Below, piece by piece: positions 11,961 through 23,402 of a stretch of DNA of 64,000 nt. The notes under the pieces were generated by a model. That model saw only the letters and a program-made list of their open reading frames with translations. It had not been told where the DNA came from and did no database searches. Every line of letters starts with the position of its first letter. Position 1 is the first letter of the stretch. Source of the DNA: Octopus sinensis (Eukaryota); contig NW_021832035.1 of NCBI RefSeq assembly GCF_006345805.1, positions 136,001-200,000 of the forward strand, written 5' to 3'. A program made the position numbers and the translations under genes.

Positions 11961-12624
11961 AAAAAAAAAGGGGAAAAAAATCCAAAAGTTAGTATGTTTC
12001 TCATACAGACCCTTTCTAAACCACGAAATCTATTGACTGTCCATATTGTTTTATGTATAAGACTTGAATATTAAATGACTGACTTTGAACATAAAAGTAA
12101 CATTTAAATAATATTAAGCGTTCAGATGAAAAGGGAAGCTGTAGAGTTTGTCAATATAATAAACATTACTGTGACTATATTATTTTATTAACGATGTACT
12201 CGGCTTCGAAAGAAACAAAAAAAGCCTTCAGAAAAAGTTATTGTCAATATTAGTGATTGAAGTACTTTAAAACGGTTTCCCTCCTACTAACAGCTGCCTT
12301 ATCTGTCAACTGGTCCCCAATCAATATCTTTCCTCTTTCACTTAACACTTACCAAATCTTAGTAAATGGAAGCAGTTTGGAGAGAGTTAGATAGAAAGAA
12401 AGAAAGAATAAAATAAAGGAAATTCTTTTTATTTTTTATTTTTTTCCCATTCCTAAACGATAGTAGGAATTCCCAGAAGGAAACTTGTTATTATTATATA
12501 TCGTAAGCCTTTACTTTTACCATAATACCTCCTTCAACCAAGTGATAGGTTGAAGAAAAAGCTCGGGAAAATCTTGATCGATACACTTTTAACTGTGGAA
12601 TTTATTTATTTATTTATTTATATG

Positions 12625-12640
12625 TGTATGAGAGAGAGAA

Positions 12641-12696
<56 letters not shown>

Positions 12697-12715
12697 AAGT
12701 GTGTGTGTGTGTGGA
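12625..12715. repeat. (GA)n plus (GT)n microsatellite
   Basis: Direct reading; further CT and GT tracts at about 12860-13055. Confidence 0.95.
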
Positions 12716-12931
12716 ATAATGTTCTGATTGATCCCAGTCTGATATTTTCACAGAATTTGTTCATCTCTCGACAATTTAGACTGCTTCGCTGTCTGTCTGT
12801 AATGGTGGGCAGGGAAGGATGGGTAGAAGTGAAGTGATAAGACAAAGTACTTTCCCCACCTTTCTCTCTCTCTCTCTATCTCTCGGAATTACAAATAAAG
12901 AAGCATAGGTTAAGATGAAAAAAAAAAACTG

Positions 12932-12964
<33 letters not shown>

Positions 12965-13496
12965 TGGATGTGATACATTGTATATCTTTTTTTCTGAACA
13001 AATTTTGCAAACTTGCTTGTTCAAGTAATGTGTGTGTCTGTGTGTGTGTGTGTGTAGCTATATAATGCACTTAAGTAATATTTATTTTTTTCCCATTTTG
13101 ATGTCTGGTTTTTGTATATTTTATTTCAATGGAAGGATATATATTAGCATTGTATATTTGTGTGTGTGATTGTTAACAACCAAGACAAACTAATGATGCT
13201 AAAATATAAAAAAAAAAACTACTTTGTTTATTTTCCACTGTGTATAAAACTGCTGTTGGTTGACTGGGATTTATCAACCTGGAAAGGCAGCTAATCTAAG
13301 AGAGAGGAAAACCCGCTACCTCACAAATATACTAAATTGTAGGAAAAGCTTCAGGAATAAACTTCGCAATTGAATCCAGAGCTGTAGTCCCCAAGGCAAG
13401 TCCTATGTTGCCTGCAACTTTGTTCTGGCAACTTCTATGTTGCCTTCAACTTTGTTCTGGCAACTTCTGTATCAGCCCTTGTCATTACCTTAGAGA

Positions 13497-13676
13497 ATAC
13501 CTATTTGTTTTACTACCCACAAGGGGTTAAACACAGGGGACAAACAAGGACAGACAAACGGATTGTCGATTATATCGACCCCAGTGCGTAACTGTTACTT
13601 ATTTAATCGACCCTGAAAGGATGAAAGGCAAAGTCGACCTCGGCCGAATTTGAACTAGCGGCAGACGAAATACTGC
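13497..13676 (-). mobile_element. SINE family B, 5'-truncated
   Basis: ccacaaggggttaaacacagggga...gaaaggatgaaaggcaaagtcgacctcggccgaatttgaac. Confidence 0.85.
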
Positions 13677-13893
13677 TGGAGTAGGGGAGCAACTGCTGGT
13701 TTCCTATGCAATTTTATCCTAGTCTGCATCTTGGAAAGGACACTGACGCCATCTCATTGTATAGCATATATAACAGACATGAAAATGCATTAGTGTGTTG
13801 GTTGTTGGTCTGTTTAGTTGCCGGAGATACGACTCCATGAGCACAGACTGAAGTAGATTGTCCAGATGCACTTTTATAGTACTGCAAGAGTAA

Positions 13894-14290
13894 TCTTTAT
13901 ATATAAAAGTAAGGTTGTGTGTCTGTCTCCTACGATTTAGATTCCTAACTACTCCCACATTTTGCGGTGCAGTTTAACCAAAACCGGGTATCTTATAGTC
14001 GTGATTCATATCAAGCCCTTCTGGGTATTAGCGCGCGTCTATGATGAGTCTACGATTTAAAAAAAATTTACCTTCATTTCTTTCCATTTTAATGCATTTT
14101 TTCGATATTATATAAGGGAAGTAACTCTCTAAAAATGTCTACGATGAGTCAACGATTTAAAAAAAAATTTACCATCATTTTTTTTCCATTTTTAATGCAT
14201 TTTTTTGCTATTTTTTGGCTATAACTCTCTAAAAATGCTTATATAGTTATTTCCCTTTCAAACCCGAGCAACGCCGGGCGATACTGCTAG
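13894..14290 (+). mobile_element. Non-autonomous Helitron
   Basis: A|TCTTTATATATAAAAG...cccgagcaacgccggg hairpin, 8 nt, then CTAG|T. Inserted between A and T with no TSD; has an internal imperfect duplication. Confidence 0.85.
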
Positions 14291-14329
14291 TAGACTCTAA
14301 AGAAGAAAAGTGCTACATAAGAGTAGATG

Positions 14330-14975
14330 TGGCTGTGTGGTAAGATATTTGCTTTCCAAGTACATGGTTCTGTGTTCAATATCACTGCATGGCACCTTGG
14401 GCAAAATGTCCTCTACTATAAGCTTTGGGCCGACTAAAGCTTTGTGAGTGGATTTGGAAGAGTCAACCCTTTTCCCAAAGAATTACTTGTCTGGATTGAG
14501 AGGGAAGGATATAATAGTGTTCCAAGTGTATTTTGCATGTGTTTTGGAATATTGTGCTGGTGTTCAAATACTGACTGCGATAGTTGGTGCCTTCTACAAA
14601 CTGTACCCCTCTCATATTCAAGTGGTTTTTTTTTTTTTTTTCTGGGAAGAGGGTTTGAAAGAAGCTTGTCATGTGTGTGTCTTTGTATATTTGTTTGGCT
14701 TCCCCATCACTGCTTGGTAACCACTGGTGTTAGTGTGTTTACATCCCCACAGCTTAAAAAAGACAATTCTATGAGCTTGCCACCTCTTGAAGAAATATTA
14801 CCTTGCTTGGAAACAGGTGAGAGTTGGAGACAGGAGGAGCATCTGGCTGTAGAAAATAAGCCAGATTTAGAATAGGTACCTGGCTTTACAACAAGTATTG
14901 AGTACTGTGGTCAATTCTGTTAACTAAAAATTCTGCCAGGTGGTGCCCCAACGCCACAGTCTAATGACTGAAACA
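14330..14975 (+). mobile_element. Diverged family-A SINE with internal family-E-like segment
   Basis: gtggctgtgtggtaag...ggcaccttgggcaaaatgtc...gtggtgccccaacgccacagtctaatgactgaaac. Confidence 0.6.
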
Positions 14976-15326
14976 ATTAACCGATAAGAGTTAAACAAAA
15001 TTGTCATTTGAGAGTTAAGAGATTAATAAGTCATTAAATTATTTGGCGATGTAGAAGCTATGCACTGATATAGTCAGTCTAATATTGTCATCTTGGTCAT
15101 TAAAGTAACCATGTTTTGGCCATTGTAAACTCCACTGAGACCTTTTACTAAATCCATAGGAGTAGATTGTTCATATTCTGTTGTCCATGCCAAGAAGTCT
15201 ACTATTATCTCCCTCATTATGGTTGCTTGTCCATTCGACTGGAATCAGATTAGAGTAAGCTATATTTGACAGACCGAAGGGATTGAACTTGCCCTTACTT
15301 GCTAAAGTGCTATGTTTGACACTAAA

Positions 15327-16001
15327 CTCTGTCAGACCATATTCTTGGTATAATAGGAAGTTCAGACTTGAAACTCTGCCAAATTACCAATATTGTGAGA
15401 ACGAGAAAATTTTAGTTTGTCTTAAGATCAAATCAAACTAAAAGGGAATTAGTCAGTGTTTTTTTTTTTAAATGTCTGCTTGAATATAAGGTGTTCTTTA
15501 GAATTATTCTTGTTTTTTTTTGTTTGTTTATTTATTTTTACCGTGAAGCCAAAGCACATCACAATCAGGCACATCTGAAGGGGAAAAGCAAAGGTACAGG
15601 ATGTTCACAACTGCAGAAGTATTGCAGGGATTCGAATATTCTGGGACTTCAATCAAATGTTTCTCAAAAGGCAATTTAGAATTTAGCATCAGTCGACAAG
15701 CATGGCAGTTTTGAAGTTGAAAACGAAATGGGAAGTGATGTTCATAATTCATAAACCGAAAGTAAAAGTGATGTCCTGCATGAATAAAAGCAATAACGGG
15801 AAAATGTCTAATCAAAGCTCAATATTGGGATTAGATGGAAGACTTGTCAGTTTTAAACATAACCCAACCCAAGTTTTTATGTGTCTGTCAATTGTTTTCA
15901 ATAAATCTCTTTCTGTTTGTAGAATATACATTTTAAAGGGTATTGGCTCTATAGCTCCGGTACAAACATGGGTTATATCCCCTTGGCTGTGACTGACAGG
16001 G
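15327..16001 (+). mobile_element. Possible internally deleted piggyBac-like element with a decayed acidic N-terminal frame
   Basis: Ends taaa|CTCTGTCAGAC and GACTGACAGGG|ttag are 9/11 inverted with TTAA-like flanks. Broken frame MFTTAEVLQ...GSFEVENEMGSDVHNS*TESKSDVLHE*. Confidence 0.45.
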
Positions 16002-16027
16002 TTAGTCAACGATTATATTCATTGTCC

Positions 16028-16262
16028 TTAAGATGGTGAACTGGCAGAAACGTTAGCACGCCGGATGAAATGCGTAGCCATATTTCGTCTGTCGTTACGT
16101 TCCGAGTTCAAATTTCGCCGAGGTCAACTTTGCCTTTCATCCTGTTGGGGTCGATAAATAAAGTACCAGTTACGCACTGGGGTTGATGTAATCGTCTTAA
16201 TCCGTTTGTCTGTTCTTGTTTGTCCCCTCTATGTTTAGCCCTTTGTGGGCAGTAAAGAAATA
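16028..16262 (+). mobile_element. SINE family B with TSD tatattcattgtcc
   Basis: TSD at about 16014-16027 and 16263-16276. Confidence 0.85.
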
Positions 16263-18038
16263 TATATTCATTGTCCAAGTGGATGGTCAGTTACTGGAAA
16301 TTAGAGTGCTCGGCCTCTTGCATATTGCAGGTTGATTTCATAAGCAGGCTGTTCTATTGATCAGATCGACTGGAACCTTCATCTTTGTAACTGCCTGAGT
16401 GCCAGTTAAATTTTTTTTTCTTTTCATGTAATGAAACCATATCTGAGAATCCTGCAACATTCTACAAATCTTAGTGATTCTTTCATGTTCAGGATGTGAA
16501 ACCTTAACACCAGTAAAGTTTGTGTAAGAAGCAGTGACTCTAGGTATTATTAGCTATGAAAGCCATGATGAAACAACGTCACATAAATATCCTAATTAAT
16601 GGGATGTGTGGTGAGTTCATTATAGAGCTAAAGGCAATTTAACACAAGAAGAAAGCAGAACAAGAAAACCCACTTGGATAAAAGGCAAAGTCAACCTTGG
16701 CGGATTTGAACTCAGAATGTAACAGCAGATGAAATACGCTAAGCATTTTGCCTGGCGTGCTAATGTATCTGCCAGCTTGCCGGCTTCTTTCAGTTTCTGC
16801 CTACAAATCCACTCATAAGGCTTTGGTTGGCTTGGGGTTATAGTAGAAGATACTTGTTCAACATGCCACATATATTCATTGTCCTAGGGATGGTCAGTTA
16901 CTGGAAATTAGAGCTCGCCAGCTTCTTTCAGTTTCTGCCTACCAAATCCACTCACAAGGCTTTGGTTGGCTTGGGGTTATAGTAGAAGATACTTGTTCAA
17001 CATGCCATATATATTCATTGTCCTAGTGGATGGTCAGTTACTGGAAATTAGAGCTCGCCAGCTTCTTTCAGTTTCTGCCTACCAAATCCACTCACAAGGC
17101 TTTGGTTGGCTTGGGGTTATAGTAGAAGATACTTGTTCAACATGCCATATATATTCATTGTCCTAGTGGATGGTCAGTTACTGGAAATTAGAGCTCGCCA
17201 GCTTCTTTCAGTTTCTGCCTACCAAATCCACTCACAAGGCTTTGGTTGGCTTGGGGTTATAGTAGAAGATACTTGTTCAACATGCCATATATATTCATTG
17301 TCCAAGTGGATGGTCAGTTACTGGAAATTAGAGTGCTCGGCCTCTTGCATATTGCAGGTTGATTTCATAAGCAGGCTGTTCTATTGATCAGATCGACTGG
17401 AACCTTCATCTTTGTAACTGCCTGAGTGCCAGTTAAATTTTTTTTTCTTTTCATGTAATGAAACCATATCTGAGAATCCTGCAACATTCTACAAATCTTA
17501 GTGATTCTTTCATGTTCAGGATGTGAAACCTTAACACCAGTAAAGTTTGTGTAAGAAGCAGTGACTCTAGGTATTATTAGCTATGAAAGCCATGATGAAA
17601 CAACGTCACATAAATATCCTAATTAATGGGATGTGTGGTGAGTTCATTATAGAGCTAAAGGCAATTTAACACAAGAAGAAAGCAGAACAAGAAAACCCAC
17701 TTGGATAAAAGGCAAAGTCAACCTTGGCGGAATTTGAACTCAGAATGTAACAGCAGATGAAATACCGCTAAGCATTTTGCCTGGCGTGCTAATGTATCTG
17801 CCAGCTTGCCGGCTTCTTTCAGTTTCTGCCTACCAAATCCACTCATAAGGCTTTGGTTGGCTTGGGGTTATAGTAGAAGATACTTGTTCAACATGCCATA
17901 TATATTCATTGTCCTAGTGGATGGTCAGTTACTGGAAGTTAGAGCTCGCCGGCTTCTTTCAGTTTCTGCCTACCAAATCCGCTCACAAGGCTTTGGTTGG
18001 CTTGGGGTTATAGTAGAAGATACTTGTTCAACATGCCA
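16263..18038. repeat. Complex tandem array L(608)-S(139)-S(140)-S(140)-L(611)-S(about 138)
   Basis: tatattcattgtcc starts units at 16263, 16871, 17010, 17150, 17290 and 17901. The short unit is an internal deletion of the long unit. Confidence 0.9.
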
Positions 18039-18959
18039 TTCAGAAGTGTGCATGTGGTTGGGAAACCGACGTCTTAACTACACATTCATGTCTGTACTGA
18101 GGTAGAAGATACTTAATTTATGAGAACAGATTTAAGTAGGAGAGGAGGAGGTAGTTATGGATACTGCGAGAAAGAAAGTTGAAATAAAATACCATATGGA
18201 GGAAATTAAGTTTTAGAATGAAAGATATTGAATATAGGCTATCAGTTTAAATAAAATGATTTGAAAAAATAAATCAAATCTGATATGAAGACATTGAGAA
18301 GTTGGCTTGTCATTTTCTTTGTTTATCAATTATGATGTATATCCACTCTCTGAATTATATTTTATTCTTGTTGTTGTTGTTGTTGTTGTTCATTTGAGTA
18401 TAATAGAGGATTTTTAGGAATTAAAAATGAATAACGCTGTTTTGAGTTAATTTGTTGGTAGTAATAGTCAGGGACAGATTGAGTTAACTCTCTGAAAAGG
18501 AGATTAAAAAAATACGACTACAGTTTTAACTGTTGCTGTATTATTTGCCACTTGATTTGAGTCGACCTGTACTTTTATTTATTTATTTATTTATTTGTCT
18601 ATTTTGAATGCTAATTCATGGTATAATCCACTAAGTGATCTTGACAAGCATCTCTGATTATAGAAACATCTGAAAGAAAAACAAATGCAACCAGTTCAAT
18701 TTAATCCAAAATATGCTATTTCAAATCAAATCTTATTTTATAGATTTAGCAAGAGTAATTTTTGTTGAAATACATAAAGAACATTCCTTTTTGTGATAGT
18801 TTTCTGTGAAAAATGATCCGCTAAGCAAAGTGGTAGTCATGAAGCTGCAACTTGGAAAGCAGAGTTGTGAAGAGGCATTTGTTGAGGTTTTCTAGGCTCT
18901 GAGTTCAAATTCTACTGGGGTTCAATTTTCATTTCTTCCATTTGGAGTTGATAAAACAG

Positions 18960-19315
18960 GCACAAACATAGCTGTGTGGTTAAAAAGCTTGCTTTGCCAC
19001 CATGTGGTTTTGGGTTCAATTCTTCTAGACGGTACATTAGGCAAGTATCTTCAATAGCCCTGGGCTAACCGATGTCTTGTGAGTGAATACGGTAGATATG
19101 ACTGTGTGGTTAGGGAGCTTGCTTCTTAGCTACATGGTTTCGGGTTCAGTCCCACTGCGTGGCACTTTGGGCAAGTGTCTTCTGCTATAGCCCCGGACTG
19201 ACCGAAGCTTTGTGATTGAATTTGGTAGGCGGAAGTTACTGTAGGTGTGTGTAGGTGCTTGTGCCTCTCCAAGAAACTGTGAGTAAGCCAATCTTGTGTG
19301 TGTGTGTGTGTGTGT
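18960..19315. mobile_element. Cluster of truncated family-A SINE heads
   Basis: Repeated gctgtgtggtt...catggtttcgggttcagtcccactgcgtggcactttgggcaagtgtcttc. Confidence 0.65.
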
Positions 19316-19774
19316 GTATAGGTCATCATCGACTTACGACCTATTCAATTTACAATCAATTGACTTAACGATGATTGGCATGCCAGCTCCCAGTAGCAAT
19401 AATAAATAGTCCAGCTGAAATCTAATGGGTTTAATTTCTTAGAAATTAACCCATCTACAGATGATGTCAGCTAACAAACATATGCCCTAGGTTTGGTTAT
19501 CGATTGCCACTATGTTGGATGATTATCTTGTTGCAAAGACATCAAGGCAACCTCATATTTGTTTATAAGATGACTGCTTGAGACCCCAAAGTTTTTTTAC
19601 AAACACCAGTATAATAGTATAATACAGAATGCTGTATGTGACTTTTACTCAAGAATGTACCTTAAGAATGTAAAAATATAAAACAAAGCTTATAGGCTGA
19701 CTTAGGACCAGATTGACTTACAACCAGCCAGTTGGAACCAATTGTGGTTGTAAGTCAACGATGACCTGTATATA

Positions 19775-19819
19775 TGCATGTATGTATGTATGTATGTGTA
19801 GTATGTATGTATGTATGAA

Positions 19820-19882
<63 letters not shown>
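19775..19882. repeat. (ATGT)n-(AT)n-(ATGT)n microsatellite
   Basis: Direct reading. Confidence 0.95.
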
Positions 19883-19980
19883 CTTCAGAAATACATATGC
19901 TAAAATTGGAACAATACAGAGAAGAATACCATGGCCCCTGCACAACTGTAACATGCAAATTTGTGAAGTGTTCCATATTT
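19883..19980 (+). pseudogene. RNU6-ps: U6 snRNA pseudogene or retrocopy
   Basis: Gapless match to recalled metazoan U6 (82/98 nt by hand). ACAGAGA box intact, catalytic AGC changed to ACC, several CpG transitions, ends gttccatattt. Confidence 0.9.
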
Positions 19981-20216
19981 CAAAATCACTCTGGTGCTCC
20001 AGCTTGACCGCAGCTACATGGCTGAAATGAATTAATGACTTGCAGGGACAACAATAATATACCACAAAGTATATGCAACCATAATATACCATAGTATATT
20101 ATGCAATCATAATATAGTATAAAGTATATTAAGCGTTTTTATAAGTCAATACCGTGTACTAACTACTGTGTTAGCAGTGCACTTTACATCACTTGTTAAG
20201 GTCATCTCTATAGATC

Positions 20217-20602
20217 ATCATCATCATTATTTAACGTCCATTTTCCATGCTAGCATGGGTTGGACGGTTCGACCGGGGTCTGGTAAGCCATGGAGGCTGC
20301 ACCAGGCTCTAGTCTGATTTGGCAGTGTTTCCACAGCTGGATGCCTTCCCAACGCCAACCACACTGTGAGTGTAGTGGGTGCTTTTTACATGCCACCGGC
20401 TCAGGAGCCAGAGCAGGCTGGCAAACGACCATGATCGGTTGGTGCTTTTTACGTGTCACCGACACGGACGCCAGTCAGGCAACGCTAGTATCTGCCACGC
20501 TCGAATGGTGCTTTTTACGTGCTCACCGGCACGGGTGTCTTAACTACAATTTCCATTTGAATTTTTCGATGTTGACGAACTTGACTCAACAGGTCTCCTC
20601 AA
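20217..20602 (-). mobile_element. Family E element, the only minus-strand copy
   Basis: Starts catcatcatcattatttaacgtccattttccatgctagcatgggttgg, the reverse complement of the tail. Confidence 0.85.
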
Positions 20603-20878
20603 GAACAGCGGGTCATTCTATAAAAATCAGTGTTGGCTGTATTTTCCATAGAATATCTATAGAGATAATCTTAACAAGTGACATAAAAGAATATATGTGT
20701 GTGTGTGTGTTTGCCCCATTCCTGCTTGACAACCAGTGTTGGTTTGTTTACATTCCCTTAACTTCTCTCTCTCTCTCTCTCATTAATTACATGCAAGTAT
20801 TCAATATTGTCCTTTAAAGCTCATCACTCAGCTTTAATTTCAAGACATCTTAAAATTGAAAAGTAAGAAATAAGTATT

Positions 20879-21164
20879 TTTGTATTTAGGAATGGTCATT
20901 TTGCCAGTTTAGCCAATAAAAACACACGCACTATATATTTGGTGTTACTTTGCTTCAGCGTTATTTATTTTTTACATTAATCTTAATCTTATTTCGGCTA
21001 GAGTTCTTTCGTCACACTCCTGTGACCTCATCGGTGGTCCTTTGCTTTCTTCTTTCTTAGTTGTGTGTCTCTCGTTACTAACGGTCAGCCATTTTGTATT
21101 TTGTATTCCTATTGTGTCTTCACACGATTTCACATCAAAAATCTTGCAAAACAAATATATAAAC
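20879..21164 (-). mobile_element. Short retroposon with a 16-bp direct repeat and a hammerhead-like core (Penelope-like?)
   Basis: gtaagaaataagtatt at 20863-20878 and 21165-21180. The minus strand reads ccgatga-g-gtcac-aggagt-gtgac-gaaa. Confidence 0.5.
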
Positions 21165-21543
21165 GTAAGAAATAAGTATTAGGACTTAAAGAGTTAAAAG
21201 TAAAAAAAAAAATCTATGAAGAAATTTTTGACAAACACTTTCAGTAATAATTTTAATAATAAATCATAAAGCTAATTTTAAGTGACATTTATTGAAGTAT
21301 TTTATTAGTGTCTCCTACACCACAAATAAGTTTAGATTGTAACATTGATTTTTTTCTGCAATTCATTTTGTAAGAATTCACTCATTTATTAAATAAATCC
21401 ACAGACACTTGATACTTCCAGAGAAATTACAGGATCGCACTCAATAGATTTCTGTTCAATAATAAAGTTTATATTCATTGTGTGTGTTCCTACAAATAGA
21501 CACATTCATGCTTCCGTTCTTTCTCAAATTCCACTCACAAGGT

Positions 21544-21798
21544 CACTGATTTGGGAATGAAATTTGCTTAGGAGGTGCAAACCCAGGTCCAGAATTTTTT
21601 ACAAACAAGGTCTTATTGTTTTTTTGTTTTTTTTTTTACTTTTTGTTCTTTGAGAAGAAACCTAACTTCAAGCTACTTTTTACAGATTACTTTTTAAACA
21701 TCAGTTTCTAAATCTGAGTAATGTAGGAGTGTAAATTTTGATCTTGCATCCCCAGCAAATTTTAACTAGTGCAAGTGTATCCCGTTTCCAGGCCTGCG
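21544..21798 (+). mobile_element. hAT MITE (same family as 6219), nested in a family-A SINE remnant
   Basis: Shares gaatgaaatttgcttag...gtgcaaacccaggtcc...gaacctaacttcaagctactttttac. Flanks are cacaaggt / tacaaggt. Confidence 0.75.
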
Positions 21799-22994
21799 TA
21801 CAAGGTTTTGGTCAGTTTGAGGCTTTGATAATGATGATAATATATAAATTTAACCAAGGTGCTGTGCTCTGGAATCAAACCAGGTACCATGAGTTTTCTA
21901 GGCAAATTTCTAAACCATACAACTGTGCCTGCTGAGTAAATTATTTTTCTTTTATAAAATGACAATTAGATCAAAATTTTCTGAAGAATTCATTATGAGA
22001 ATAAGCTGTATATAAATTGCATTTTTTTGTCTTTTCGCAAACATTTTTAGGAATCTGTATACAGGATAGGGTTAAATAAGAGAAGCGATCATCGTTTTTA
22101 TTACAATTTATTTTCTATTTGCTAGAAATCTACTTTGGTTTTGTGAGTATTAAGTTACAGCTTAAATACTAAATGTTTTTTTAATTTTTTTTAACAGATG
22201 TAATATAATCATCTGACTGAATGTGTTAATATTTTTCATCTTTCTGGTTAGATATTATCTGAATAATTTATCACCGTAGCAACTATGCTTCATTACAATT
22301 AGATGCTTTGGAAAATGGAACTTAATGTTTTACCAAATGATATTTTTCTCTCTCAGCAGTTTCAAAACTGACCAAGTCTGAAGTGTAATAATTAACACGT
22401 TCAGTTTTGTGAAGAACTTGGCGTTAATGAATACCAATGAGATGTTTGGTGATGTGGAACTATTATATGACTAGTAAAGTTCCCAACAGTTACCTCATTA
22501 TCGTAGAACATATATCCACGCTGGCAATTAAGCTGTAATGATAAGAAGGGCTGAAAGTAGTTAGACTTCTCATTACACCATTTTAATATACTAAATGATC
22601 ACTATTACCATAAATCTTCCAAATCCACACTCCATAGCTTATGGTTTGTTATTTTATATTCTCTTTAGCTGCTTTCACTAATGACTATTCTGAAGCATTT
22701 TTTGTTTCCTCATAACAATAGTAAACTCACTCATGTTGCTCTTATCTCCGTTATAGTCACCGTTTAGTCCCTGTATGTTTCCTTTATTTTATGTGCTACG
22801 TGGTTATTAATGGCTTTGAGGCAACGGGAGACGCAAACAAAAAGTCCAAGTTATCTATGAATAACGGTTTCTGTTCACGATATATTTTTATGAGAAAAGT
22901 TTAAAACTGAATAGTCTGAGTTGGCTATTTGGTCTCAGGTCAACAACCCTCGTTGAGCAGACCTATCATGATTGGCGTTTTATTGAGATAAGAT

Positions 22995-23270
22995 GGTTAT
23001 CACAAAAGTTCTTGGACTAGTCATGCTTAATAAAAAATAACCTACTTGCCCAAGTTTTAACATCATCACCTTTGAATCAATCACCCTGTGCAACAATACA
23101 CTGGTCTCAGCGTTCCTGTGACTTTTGGAATCTGGCCTGGAAGTTGTTTTCCGTGAGCGAGTCAAGGACCTTCTGTGATACACTTTGGATCTCAGCAATG
23201 GTGTTAAAACATTGACCTTTGAGTTACATTTTCATTACACGTGAGGAGAGTCTGGTGAAGATTCGAATTC
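22995..23270 (-). pseudogene. mariner transposase C-terminal remnant
   Basis: KM*LKGQCFNTIAEIQSVSQKVLDSLTENNFQARFQKSQER*DQCIVAQGD*FKGD matches the mariner C-terminus (LKG.RF....EI...F..W..RW..CI...GDYFEG). Confidence 0.85.
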
Positions 23271-23344
23271 TTGTTGTCTGTTATAGTTAATTTCAATGTT
23301 CATTTATTTGATTTGACTCTATATCTAATCATGTGTATAAATAC

Positions 23345-23402
<58 letters not shown>

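Noticed and set aside
15922-16000. Apparent plus-strand exon NIHFKGYWLYSSGTNMGYIPLAVTDR
   Set aside because: The donor coincides with the putative right TIR of the piggyBac-like remnant, so it is better explained as subterminal TE sequence.
16263-18038. CRISPR-like appearance of regular repeats (also 8415-8800, 11030-11960, 24713-24905)
   Set aside because: Units repeat in full with no unique spacers, there are no cas genes, and the context is eukaryotic.
22690-22790. Minus-strand peptide QGLNGDYNGDKSNM resembling the RNA polymerase NADFDGD motif
   Set aside because: Only a about 37-codon frame between stops, a catalytic Asp position is Asn, there is no flanking similarity and the acceptor is poor.
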